This document shows positions 14,265 to 26,476 of a DNA stretch of 64,000 bases, one piece after another. The DNA is from Octopus bimaculoides (taxonomy: Eukaryota). The notes beneath the pieces were generated by a model, which worked only from the letters and a program-made list of their open reading frames with translations, made no database searches and had not been told where the DNA came from. The stretch is taken from NCBI RefSeq assembly GCF_001194135.2, contig NC_068983.1, positions 146,025,285-146,089,284 of the forward strand, in the 5' to 3' direction. The stretch's first letter is position 1. Each line of letters starts with the position of its first letter. A program made the position numbers and the translations under genes.

Positions 14265-14526
14265 CCGGTAACAGCACAAGCATTATCAGTAACAACGGCA
14301 CATGCAATCATTCATAACTGCATCAAATATATTATAGCTAATATTTCATTAAGATATCCCATTGTAGCCAAGTAAAATATTTTTCTGATTCTTTTACATT
14401 TGTAGTGAAATCTTTAGTATAGCCTTACACTAATTATCAACATTTAAAAATCCACCAGTTTTAATTATACGACGATATGACCAAAACAGAAAAGATTATT
14501 ATTATTGTTATCATTATTATTCTTTT

Positions 14527-16066
14527 CTACTCAAGGCACAAGGCCTGAAATGTTGAGAGAGGGGGGCCAGTCGATTAGAACGACTCCAGTATGCAACTGG
14601 TACTTAATTTATCGTTCCCGAAAGGATGAAAGGCAAAGTCAACTTCGGCGGAATAGTTATTATCGTTAAGTCGACGAGTTGGCAGAATCATTAGCACGCA
14701 TTTCATCAGTCTTTCATAAATTTCGGGATCGATAGAATCAGTACCAGGTGAGCACTGGGGTCGATGTAACTGGCTTACCTCCTCTCTCGAAATTGTTGGC
14801 CATATGTTACAATTTGACACCAATATTATTATTTGTAAGGCGGCGAATTGGCAGAATCGTTAGCACACCGTGCAAAATGCTTAAAGGCACTTCTTACGAC
14901 TTTACATTCTGAGTTAAAATACTGCTAAGGTCGACTTTGCTTTTCATCCTTTCGGGATCGATAAATTAAGTACCAGTTGAGTATTGGAGTTGATGTAATC
15001 GACTAGCCCCCGCCCCTCTCCACTTCGCTAGAGTTTCAGGTCTTGTGCTTATAGTAGAAAGGATTTATTAATTCCGCCGAGGTCGACTTTACCTTTCATC
15101 CTTTCGGGGTCGATTAAATAAGTACCAGTTACGCACTGGGGTAGATGTAATCGACTTAATCTCTTTGTCTATCTTTGTTTGTCCCCTCNNNNNNNNNNNN
15201 NNNNNNNNNNNNNNNNNNNNNNNNNNNNNNNNNNNNNNNNNNNNNNNNNNNNNNNNNNNNNNNNNNNNNNNNNNNNNNNNNNNNNNNNNNNNNNNNNNNN
15301 NNNNNNNNNNNNNNNNNNNNNNNNNNNNNNNNNNNNNNNNNNNNNNNNNNNNNNNNNNNNNNNNNNNNNNNNNNNNNNNNNNNNNNNNNNNNNNNNNNNN
15401 NNNNNNNNNNNNNNNNNNNNNNNNNNNNNNNNNNNNNNNNNNNNNNNNNNNNNNNNNNNNNNNNNNNNNNNNNNNNNNNNNNNNNNNNNNNNNNNNNNNN
15501 NNNNNNNNNNNNNNNNNNNNNNNNNNNNNNNNNNNNNNNNNNNNNNNNNNNNNNNNNNNNNNNNNNNNNNNNNNNNNNNNNNNNNNNNNNNNNNNNNNNN
15601 NNNNNNNNNNNNNNNNNNNNNNNNNNNNNNNNNNNNNNNNNNNNNNNNNNNNNNNNNNNNNNNNNNNNNNNNNNNNNNNNNNNNNNNNNNNNNNNNNNNN
15701 NNNNNNNNNNNNNNNNNNNNNNNNNNNNNNNNNNNNNNNNNNNNNNNNNNNNNNNNNNNNNNNNNNNNNNNNNNNNNNNNNNNNNNNNNNNNNNNNNNNN
15801 NNNNNNNNNNNNNNNNNNNNNNNNNNNNNNNNNNNNNNNNNNNNNNNNNNNNNNNNNNNNNNNNNNNNNNNNNNNNNNNNNNNNNNNNNNNNNNNNNNNN
15901 NNNNNNNNNNNNNNNNNNNNNNNNNNNNNNNNNNNNNNNNNNNNNNNNNNNNNNNNNNNNNNNNNNNNNNNNNNNNNNNNNNNNNNNNNNNNNNNNNNNN
16001 NNNNNNNNAATGCAATCGATTTATCTCCTCCTCAAAAACTGCTGATCTTGTGCCAAAATCTGAAAC

Positions 16067-16148
<82 letters not shown>

Positions 16149-16345
16149 GTTGTTGTTGTTGTTGTTATGAAGGCAGTGAGTTGGTACAATCGTTAGCGCG
16201 TCAGACAGATTGCTTTATCAGCATTTCTTCCAGCTTTATTTCCTGAGTTCAAATTCCGCCAAGGAGTACAACTTGAACATTGACGTTGACTTGTCCCCGA
16301 CCAACAAAGTTTCAGGCTTTGTGTCTATAACAGAAAGGATTATCA
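14527..16345. mobile_element. Cluster of about six family A SINE copies or fragments (one minus, the rest plus) spanning an N gap
   Basis: Repeated GGCAGAATCGTTAGC / GTCGACTTTGCCTTTCATCCTTTCGGG / AAGTACCAGTT motifs at ~14527-14655 (-), 14676-14830, 14838-15065, 15070-15188, 16010-16070 and 16168-16345 (+). Confidence 0.85.
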
Positions 16346-17865
16346 TCATCACTATTACTACTACTGCTGCTGCTGCTGCTACTACTACTACTGCTACTGC
16401 TACTGCTACTACTGCTACTGCTGCAACTATTATTATGCATGAATATATATATGTATATATCTATGTATATATATGTGTGTGTATGCATGCATGTATGTAT
16501 TTTTGTATGGAAATGTCTGTGGACAATGGACGCATGTGTTTATTTACATGCATACACATACATACATACATACATACATACATACATACATACATACATA
16601 CATACATGCATACATACATACATGCATACACATGCATATGTGTATAGTTGTATTCTGTCTATTGTAATTCTACGTATTCGCTTATATAAATGCATTCAGA
16701 TTATATATATGTGTTTACGCGCGCCAGTGTGTATGTGTGCGTGTGCCTGCGTGTAGGAAGATTACATATGTATGTGTGTGTGTGTATTTGTGTGTGTGTT
16801 CAAGTGTTCATGAGTTTGCATGCGTGTTTGCACGCTGTACGTGGCTGTTATGGGAATCTGTGAACTTGTAAATTTACATTGATTTGATTGTGAGCAATAA
16901 TCATCATCAATGACAATCACGCCAATTTGTGCACTAAACTAAAAGATATTTTGTTATTATTTATTCATTTTGATTTCTCACTCCCGCCTAACCTTACTGT
17001 CCATTCATTCTGTAATAACAGATGCACAACAAGCATGCCGTGGAGGCGTGGCCTAACGCCCTTCTCTAAAGAACAACAACTCGGCAAACATTTTAATTGG
17101 ACTATCACCAAACCGACCACTTAAAGACATGATAGCCATCGATATTTCATATTCCAGCATTCCTCTTNNNNNNNNNNNNNNNNNNNNNNNNNNNNNNNNN
17201 NNNNNNNNNNNNNNNNNNNNNNNNNNNNNNNNNNNNNNNNNNNNNNNNNNNNNNNNNNNNNNNNNNNNNNNNNNNNNNNNNNNNNNNNNNNNNNNNNNNN
17301 NNNNNNNNNNNNNNNNNNNNNNNNNNNNNNNNNNNNNNNNNNNNNNNNNNNNNNNNNNNNNNNNNNNNNNNNNNNNNNNNNNNNNNNNNNNNNNNNNNNN
17401 NNNNNNNNNNNNNNNNNNNNNNNNNNNNNNNNNNNNNNNNNNNNNNNNNNNNNNNNNNNNNNNNNNNNNNNNNNNNNNNNNNNNNNNNNNNNNNNNNNNN
17501 NNNNNNNNNNNNNNNNNNNNNNNNNNNNNNNNNNNNNNNNNNNNNNNNNNNNNNNNNNNNNNNNNNNNNNNNNNNNNNNNNNNNNNNNNNNNNNNNNNNN
17601 NNNNNNNNNNNNNNNNNNNNNNNNNNNNNNNNNNNNNNNNNNNNNNNNNNNNNNNNNNNNNNNNNNNNNNNNNNNNNNNNNNNNNNNNNNNNNNNNNNNN
17701 NNNNNNNNNNNNNNNNNNNNNNNNNNNNNNNNNNNNNNNNNNNNNNNNNNNNNNNNNNNNNNNNNNNNNNACACACTCACACACACACGCACATATTCAC
17801 ACACACACGCACACGCACGCACACATACACACAAGCATATACATACATATATATATATATTTATT

Positions 17866-17898
<33 letters not shown>

Positions 17899-18318
17899 CT
17901 ATATACTGAAACCAGTAAAAGAATATAGACAGACAGCCAGATAGATAGATAGATAGATATACATACTCATATATATGTAGATGCACATATATATGTATAT
18001 ATTTGTATGCATTTGTGTATGTACATATTTACATATATACAGATATGTATATATGTGTGTGTGTGTGTGTATGTATATATATGTATATATATATACATAT
18101 ACATATATATATATACACATATACATATACATANNNNNNNNNNATATATATATATATATATATATATATAAGTGTAAATACACATACGCATACATACACG
18201 TGTAGGAGTGCGTCTGTATACATATACACACTCACACACACACGCACATATTCACACACACGCACACGCACACACACATACACACAAGCATATACATACA
18301 TATATATATATATTTATT

Positions 18319-18351
<33 letters not shown>

Positions 18352-19175
18352 CTATATACTGAAACCAGTAAAAGAATATAGACNNNNNNNNNNNNNNNNN
18401 NNNNNNNNNNNNNNNNNNNNNNNNNNNNNNNNNNNNNNNNNNNNNNNNNNNNNNNNNNNNNNNNNNNNNNNNNNNNNNNNNNNNNNNNNNNNNNNNNNNN
18501 NNNNNNNNNNNNNNNNNNNNNNNNNNNNNNNNNNNNNNNNNNNNNNNNNNNNNNNNNNNNNNNNNNNNNNNNNNNNNNNNNNNNNNNNNNNNNNNNNNNN
18601 NNNNNNNNNNNNNNNNNNNNNNNNNNNNNNNNNNNNNNNNNNNNNNNNNNNNNNNNNNNNNNNNNNNNNNNNNNNNNNNNNNNNNNNNNNNNNNNNNNNN
18701 NNNNNNNNNNNNNNNNNNNNNNNNNNNNNNNNNNNNNNNNNNNNNNNNNNNNNNNNNNNNNNNNNNNNNCACACACACGCACACGCACACACACATACAC
18801 ACAAGCATATACATACATATATACACACACGTACATACATGTGGGGGGACAGAGATAGAGGAGGAAGAAAAAACTGCTTATCTAACTCTCTTCCGAAATA
18901 CGCCAACACAAACTGGAACACGCACATACATATGCATATGTACACACACACACACACACACAGTGGGACAGACGCACGCAAAGTATGAAAGGCGTGGTCG
19001 GACACATGCAAGTGTACGTGTCCATCTTATGCATGTGTGCATGTGAGTATAGAGATGTCTACGTGCATGCGCATGCATTTAACTGAGTGTGTGTGTGCGC
19101 GTGTGTGTGCGTATGTGCGCGCATGTGTGTCTGTGTAAGCGCGCGTGTGTGAACTTGTACATGTGGAAATGAGTG

Positions 19176-19208
19176 TGATAAAAGAAGGCGTGATAAGGAA
19201 TGTGATAA
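19176..19208 (+). promoter_or_regulatory. Triple WGATAA (GATA-site) cluster upstream of the neuropeptide core promoter
   Basis: TGATAA at 19176-19181, 19191-19196 and 19203-19208, i.e. 82-114 bp upstream of the predicted start site. Confidence 0.4.
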
Positions 19209-19259
19209 TCAAGCTGGTATCAAACTACGGTGAAGTATTGTTATTCAGTTTGAGAAGTA

Positions 19260-19292
19260 TATATAAAAAGAAATCGCTTATCGCCATTCAGT
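19260..19292 (+). promoter_or_regulatory. Core promoter of the neuropeptide gene: TATA box plus initiator
   Basis: TATATAAAAAG at 19260-19270 and the Inr TCAGT at 19288-19292 (A at 19290). TATA lies at -30/-28, the canonical spacing. No ATG occurs between 19290 and the start codon at 19367. Confidence 0.7.
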
Positions 19293-19366
19293 AGTCACAT
19301 ACCAAAGCTTCTTCCCCGGATTCTCTAGGACGTCTCAAAATTTTTTTCACAGTATAACCAAGAAGA

Positions 19367-19369
19367 ATG
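19367..19369 (+). CDS. Neuropeptide precursor, exon 1 coding part (ATG only; exon ~19290-19369)
   Basis: ccaagaagaATG|GTAAGT: consensus donor directly after the ATG, A at -3. Phase 0 matches exon 2, which lacks its own Met, and gives a complete signal peptide MVKITS... It is the best candidate seen, but N gaps in the intron could hide another exon. Confidence 0.72.
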
Positions 19370-19782
19370 GTAAGTAAACTAATGGCCACCTCTGACTGTC
19401 TCTTCTACTTTTACTTTCGCTATCTTCTTTCATTATTTATTTCTCTATTTCTCTCGCTCTCTCTCTTTCTCTCTCTCTCTCTCCATCTTACTCCGTCTCT
19501 CTTTCTCTTTCTCTCTCTCCCCTTCTCTCTCACACACACACGGTATATGCATACATGCATACATACATACAGACAGACTGACTGACAGGCAAACAGACAG
19601 ACATATACACATACACACATTATATGAAAACATTTGCTTTGCTTATATATTCGAATGAATGTAATTTATATGGGAGTGTTTATATGTACTTTTGGTATAT
19701 AGTTTGGCACGTATACAATATACACGCACACACACACAAACATATATACTTACATACATAAACACATGCATACATACACACG

Positions 19783-19813
<31 letters not shown>

Positions 19814-20176
19814 ACGTATGCATACATGTATACATACATATATATATATATATATATACACACATATTTGATAGTATAAGTGTGCTTTATAAGTTTGGTG
19901 CTTTACTATGAACATATATATANNNNNNNNNNNNNNNNNNNNNNNNNNNNNNNNNNNNNNNNNNNNNNNNNNNNNNNNNNNNNNNNNNNNNNNNNNATAT
20001 ATATATATATATATAAGTAACGAGAAGATGAATTTCGTATTAAACTTTATTCTATACAACGTTCATTTCGACCCGAAATATACCACGACTGCGGATGACA
20101 ACAGGTAGCCTAAACTCTGCCAGTGCTCTACTCAACACTTAAACACACTAATCGACTTATATCTATTAGTCCAAAA

Positions 20177-20233
<57 letters not shown>

Positions 20234-20268
20234 CATCATCATTATTATTATGATTATTATTATTATTA

Positions 20269-20315
<47 letters not shown>

Positions 20316-20386
20316 GTATATGAATATATATACACACACACAAATGCTTTCACAAATGCAACATCAACAAACATTAAGAAACATAA

Positions 20387-20453
<67 letters not shown>

Positions 20454-20711
20454 TAACTACATGTAGCTTATGATATTCAACTACTGTGAATAACAGTTTA
20501 GTTACATCTAAAAGATTAGAAAATTAAAAACTATTTGATCCCAGTTTTTTCTATATCAGTAAACAAACAGAATAGTAAAGGTATACAAAATTGTCGCATT
20601 TGATCGTAATTAGTTCCGACATACGATCAAAATAGCCGTTATTCATCATTTAAATTAACTGTTTGATGAATAAAACAAATTAGCAAACATTTAGTTTTTA
20701 TTACATCTGAT

Positions 20712-21770
20712 CTGCTGAAAAGGATTCGATCTGTCAGAGCCATTAGCACGCCGGGTAAAATGATTAGCGGTATTTTGTTCATCTTTACGTTCTGAGTTCA
20801 AATTCCGCCAAGACTGACTTTACTTTTCTGGGTCGACAGAATAAGTACCAGTTGAGTACTGGAATCATCCCCTTCCCCTAAATTGCTGGCCTTGTGCCAA
20901 AATTTGAAACCATTATTAATCTGCTGAAAGGCGGTGAACTGGTTGAATTGTTAGCACGCCGGGCAAATACTTAGCAGTGTTTCATCTGCCGCTACGTTCA
21001 GAGTTCAAATTTTGCCGAAGTCGACTTTGCCTTTCATCCTTTCATCCTTTCGGGGTCCATAAATTAAGTATCAGAGAAGCACCAAATTTCAGGCCTTATG
21101 CCTATAGTAGAAAGGTTTATTAATCTACTGAAAGGCAGCGAGCTGGCAGAATTGTTAGCACGCCGGGCAAATGCTTAACGCTATTTAATCTGTCTTGACG
21201 TTCGGAGTTCAAATTCCGCTGATGTCGACTTTACTTTCCATCCTTTCCGTGTCGATGAAATAAGTACCAGTCTAGTCCCCTCCCACAAAATTTCAGGCCT
21301 TGTGCCTATAGTAGAAAGGATTATTAATCTGCTGGCAACGGCAGCAAACTAGTAGAATCGTTAGCACGCCGGACAAAATGCTAGGTGGCATTTCATCCGT
21401 CTTTATATCTTGAGTTCAAATTCTGCCGAAGTCGACTTTTACTTTTATCCTTTCGAGTGTTGATAAAATTAGTATTAGTTGATTAATGGGGTCGTATAAT
21501 CGACTTACTCCGATATTGCTGGCCTTGTACCAAAATTTGAAATCATTATTATTATTAAGCCGGCAGAATTGTTAGCACACCGGCCAAAATGTTTAGCGAC
21601 TTTTCGCCTGTCTTTATGTTCTGAGTTCAAATTCCACCGTGGTAGACTTTACTTTTCCTCCTTCCAGTGATCAATAAAATTTGAGTACTACCGGGGTCGA
21701 GGTAATCGTCTAACCTCCTCCCCACATATTTCAGGCTTTGTCTTTATAGTAGAAAGAATTAGTATTATTT
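20712..21770 (+). mobile_element. Head-to-tail array of five family A SINEs in intron 1
   Basis: Five ~200-bp diverged copies (starts ~20712, 20928, 21132, 21338, 21557). The first three junctions share the linker ATTAATCT(G/A)CTG, and two different tail types are present. Confidence 0.88.
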
Positions 21771-22604
21771 TAGATTTATATTTGTACTTTGTAGACATCA
21801 ATATACATAATATTTGGTGACCTTACGAACATATTGAACTTCCATCAGCCAGAGTTGTCTATGTATCAGTATATGTACGCATAGGCTTGGGCTAGATTTT
21901 TTGGGTGGAAGCCTGGCAGGTGCCCATACATCCAAGTCTCCACTTTCCTTGCAACTGTTGATTATTCAATATAAAAACTCCCACTTTGGGCCGATTTTGG
22001 CACCAGTGTCGTCACAGACGTTGCTGTCTGAATGCAAAGAACCGAAACAGACAACCTTAGACATTTCGTTCCAACTCTCAAACCATTCCTCCGATTCAGC
22101 ACCCTAGGTTGGTACTCTAGTAGAAATCTTCAAAAATGTAAATTTGGAGTTTGTGGCTCGATAAAAACGATATGAAAAATCAGTTCACTTGAGAGATTAA
22201 TTTTATGCTAGACATTTTCTGAAATTCAAAATGTGACTCTAATCAGTTGTCAAAGAGTAAATATTAAAGAAAAAATATCGATTCTTATTAAGAGGTTAAT
22301 TTTTGTTTCTGTGGATATTGATGGGAGGGCAGAGAGTTCCAATAGATATAAAAAAAAATTTTGAAGAGCTAGAAAGAATATTGTAAAGTAGGAAACGTAC
22401 TTGTTGATAATACATCGTATTCATTTGCAAATGTGACTATATAAATATTAGTTTCAAATTTGGCCAGCAATTTCAGGCGAGGGGTAAGTCGATTAGATCG
22501 ACCCCAGTACTCAACTGATATTTATTATTATAATTACGTAATTATATTATGTGATTATATAAATATTAAAATCAAATAATTTATTTTAGAACAATTTTAG
22601 AGCT

Positions 22605-22815
22605 GCAAACCGGCATAATCGTTAATGCGTCAGACAAAATGTTTGGCGATATTTCTTCTCGCTATTTACGTTCTGAGTTCAAGTGTCACTGAGGTTGACT
22701 TTGCTTTTCTTTTTCCCAGGGCCGATAAAATAAGTACCGGTCAAGCACTGTCGTCGACGTAATTGACTTAATCCCTCCCCTAAAATTACTGGCCTTATGT
22801 TTAAGTTTGAAACCA
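22605..22815 (+). mobile_element. Octopus SINE family A
   Basis: ggcataatcgttaatgcg...ttctgagttcaagt..gaggttgactttgc...taagtaccggtcaagcactg...ggccttatgtttaagtttgaaacc. Confidence 0.8.
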
Positions 22816-23794
22816 TTTTTTTTTAAAACGTTTTTTTAAGAATATGAACATTCAATGGTGGTATGACTCCAGAGTCAGAATAAAATCAAATTTATTGTGA
22901 GGAGCCAGTTAAGTTGAATTTCACCATGTATGGGATTTTATGCGCTAACTTACTTTAAAAAAAAACACATTGCATAATATAACCGCATTCAGTGTCTTTA
23001 TAAAAGATGGGACGATCACGATTGAAACATCTTTGATTATTGGTTTTCTGGAAAGGGGCAGATATGTTGCTTTATCAAATTTTCCAGTAGTGAACGTTGG
23101 TCAGCAAATCTTCTGTGCTATACGATGAAATAGGGAAATGAAATGAAATAAAAACATTTAATAGTATTATTTGAAGATTTAATCCAAAAATAACTGTGCA
23201 AGTTGCTTAAAAATTTAGTTTCTAAGGTGTTCCTGTTGTCTAGATTTTGAACCAGTAGTCTATGTTCTTGGTTAAAGACGAGATGATTATAAGGTGTAAA
23301 GTTACTGTAGTCCATTGGATCGTCAGAAAACTACTGAAGACATCCTCTTTGCGAGAGACTACATCAGAATTGCTTACAGTGGCAGATTATAGCATCTTCG
23401 TTATGTATTTAAACCCAAAAAGAGTGGTGTACGTTAGCTTGAGATGTGCAAATCAGTGATAGATTTCGAATCGCTGACATCCCGATCAGTATAAAAGCGC
23501 TTGATCGCTTTGACCAACCATGTTCTCTAAAAGAAGTTTATTGTAATGGTTTTCTCTTTCTTAAAAAAAAATATTCAGATTAAGACATTTTCAGGCATTA
23601 CCAGTGAGATTCATGAGGTTGATGTTCAGCTTGAACTTCTTTAAATAAATAATTATAAGAAAAACATGGGTAAAGGGGAAATTCTATAAAACAGAATGAT
23701 GGGATTAGGCGAAGTTTTTATTCTCGGAGATACACCGAAAATAAACTGATTTGACACAAAATTAAATTTTACATTATAAAAAAAAAAACCAAGC

Positions 23795-24155
23795 ATATGA
23801 TCTTTGGTTCAGACCCACTGTGTAGCATCTATGACAAGTTTCTTTTCCTGTAACCCAGGGCCGACCAAGAGCCATATGAGGGGGTTGGTTGACGGTAACT
23901 GAAAGAAGCATGTCGTATATACGTGTGTGCGTTTTATGTCTATATGTCTTTCTGTTTGTACCGCACCAACACTTGACAACCGGTGTTGGTTTGTTTATGC
24001 TCCTGTAACATAGCGGTTCGACAAAAGAGACTGATAGAATAAGTTCCAGGCTTTTAAAATAGATACTGGTGTCGATTTGTTCGACTAAACACTTCAATGC
24101 AGTGTCCCAGTGTAACCGTAGTCCAATGACTGAGACAAGTAAAAGATAAAAAGAT
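23795..24155 (+). mobile_element. Octopus SINE family B (CORE-like head, central microsatellite)
   Basis: ggttcagacccactgtgtagcatc..gacaagt...gggccgaccaa...actgaaagaagc...ttgacaaccggtgttgg...tagcggttcgacaaaagagactgatagaataagt...aatgactgagacaagtaaaaga. The same family recurs at 25125-25460, 30520-30650, 37725-37830, 51150-51490 and 61470-61578. Confidence 0.85.
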
Positions 24156-24567
24156 TTTTTTTAAACCAGCTCAATTCATAATTTAGATGCGCAAATAGCA
24201 AATTGTATTCACCTGAAAATAAACTTTACATTAAACATAACATAATCTTTGTAATAAAGCGTAAGTTTTAATTTTCGTTAGAAAATGAACACTAATTTTC
24301 TTTTAGCTCTTAATTAACCATTACCTTACTTATTCGTTGACATCTAATAGTCAGATTCATATAAATGAGTTATTCCACCGTAATGGGTTGTCGACTTCGA
24401 TTGCACACAGTGCTTTGAGGTTTATTACTGTTGTTGATTAGCCTTAGAGCAGGGCTTTAATCAAAAGTATGTCGAGCATATATATTTTTTTTTGTTTTTA
24501 GTTGGGGGAACATTGAGGACTACATCACGTAATGCGTCCTTTTTAATCTGTATGATGTGATTTAGGG

Positions 24568-24864
24568 CAGTGCTACTCAAAGTGGTGGTACGCGGACCGG
24601 TGCCGGTCTGCGAGCTATCAGCTGCTGGTACGCGGCAAGTTTCCAGAAAAGAAACATTATAAAATGCTTATAAAATGCTTATGTAATATTCTATTATTTA
24701 TTTACAAAATAAATATAAGATAAAAAATATTGTCAACTTTTATTATATTCATTATATATATTGTTTCTGGCATAAATAAATATTACTAAGAAATATTGCC
24801 GGTCCCTGGCTCAGTGGGGGGGAAAAATGCCCGTACGCCACATCAGAAAGTTTGAGAAGCACTG
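24568..24864. mobile_element. hAT (Charlie-type) non-autonomous element/MITE, complete
   Basis: TIRs CAGTGCTACTCAAA (24568) and TTTGAGAAGCACTG (ends 24864). The 8-bp TSD is ATTTAGGG / GTTTAGGG, with the central TA typical of Charlie elements. Confidence 0.9.
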
Positions 24865-25124
24865 GTTTAGGGAATTTGGCAGCTTTTTTGTAATTCCTTT
24901 CTCTTTTTTTTTTCTTTTTTTTTTTTTTTCGCTGTAGAGTGAGTGTGATTTTAAGATTTGTCTGAAGATCAAACAACAATGTTGACGGTTTTCTTGGTAG
25001 AAATCGGATTTTTTGGCTTAAACTCACCTAAAAGATTTGAATTCAGAACTACAAACTAATAGAATCCAATAATGCAGAGTATATACCTTTCCACAGTAAT
25101 TATTCTTTTACTCTTTTACTTGTT

Positions 25125-25460
25125 TCAGCTGGATTGCGGCCATGCTGGGGCAACGTTTAATAGGATTAGTCGAGAAAATATAAACACAAACACACACATT
25201 CACACATATACATACATATATGTGTGTGCGTTTACATTATACATACACACATGCACACACACGCACACACACGCACACACACACACATATATATATATAC
25301 ACACATACACACACACGGGGGGCTTCGATACAGTTTCTGTCTACCAAATTCATCCAAAGAACAGCGATCCGCTCGAAGCCATAGTAGTAGACACTTTCTC
25401 AAGGTGCTCTGCATTTGGATTGAACGTGAAACTATGTGATTGCGAAGCGAACTTCGTAAC
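25125..25460 (-). mobile_element. Octopus SINE family B, degraded
   Basis: Reverse complement of family B: tttcagctggattgcggccatgctggggca... and cagtttctgtctaccaaatt...gacactttctcaaggtgc...ggattgaacgtgaaactatgtgattgcgaagcgaacttc. Confidence 0.75.
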
Positions 25461-25503
25461 CATACAGATGTCAGCAGTTAGGTGAATTGAGATTGTCTTG
25501 TTG

Positions 25504-25535
<32 letters not shown>

Positions 25536-26416
25536 GGTGGTGGTGGTGGTGGTGGTATTGCTGTTTAACTCCAAGTCAATCTTGATAGAGCAAGTCTACG
25601 ATCAAAGATGTTCCAGCTGTGATCATTCTGCCTTTCTGTGACTATCTAGGACTTGTATTATTTTAAGTGTCCTTCATTATCTAAGGCTCTTTCATGCAAT
25701 TTGAGAATGGTTTGGTTGTTCTTTAAGTTAATCTATCTCACAGACGATTAAGTACATTGCATTACGGTCAATGAATACGAACCATATAACCTTCTGTTAA
25801 TAGTCTGACGCCACATTGGCTCCACCAGCTGCGATTCTCCATTGAAGTTCATATTTATGATAGTTTGTTTTACGTGAAATAGTTTTTCTTTGGATTAAAT
25901 TAATACATTAAATATGTCATAAATTAGATTATTCTAATGGACAGATAGGATATTTATAATACGCTCTCACTCTAAAGATTTAGAATACACTTTTTCAATA
26001 AGTTATTCATCTATTATTATTCAGTTCACATCAAGGATACTTTATAGGAATATGTAATCGATCTCAGTACTTCGCCTGATGCTTTGTTTTCGACTCCATA
26101 TGGTATGAAAGGCAAAGTTGTGAACTCAGAAGGTAATGGGCCAGAACTAAACACTGTAAACATATTGTCCGATGCTTTAATGATGCTAATAGTCCACCGC
26201 TCGTTATTTGTCCGAGCCTATATGATGAGAGACAATCAAAAGAATATATTGAACAAAACGAATAAAATTTTGTAAAATATTCGCAAATGACGCATACAAA
26301 ATCTATCCTGCAAAGAGAGAAGTAAAAAACAGACTGCTAAATAAATATGATTGTAATATTACGTAAGATTCAATTTAGTAATCATGCATAATGTGGATTA
26401 TGTGCATTGTGACGGG

Positions 26417-26476
<60 letters not shown>

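Noticed and set aside
16860-17166. Non-repetitive island ~2.2 kb upstream of the promoter with GC/GT boxes (CCCGCCT, GGCGTGGC) as a candidate enhancer
   Set aside because: Short motifs occur by chance; no conservation or chromatin data are available here.
17771-18383. Direct duplication of ~155 bp (17771-17925 and 18228-18383) ending in gaaaccagtaaaagaatatagac
   Set aside because: Identical copies sit between N gaps in microsatellite sequence; most likely a scaffolding or overlap artefact.
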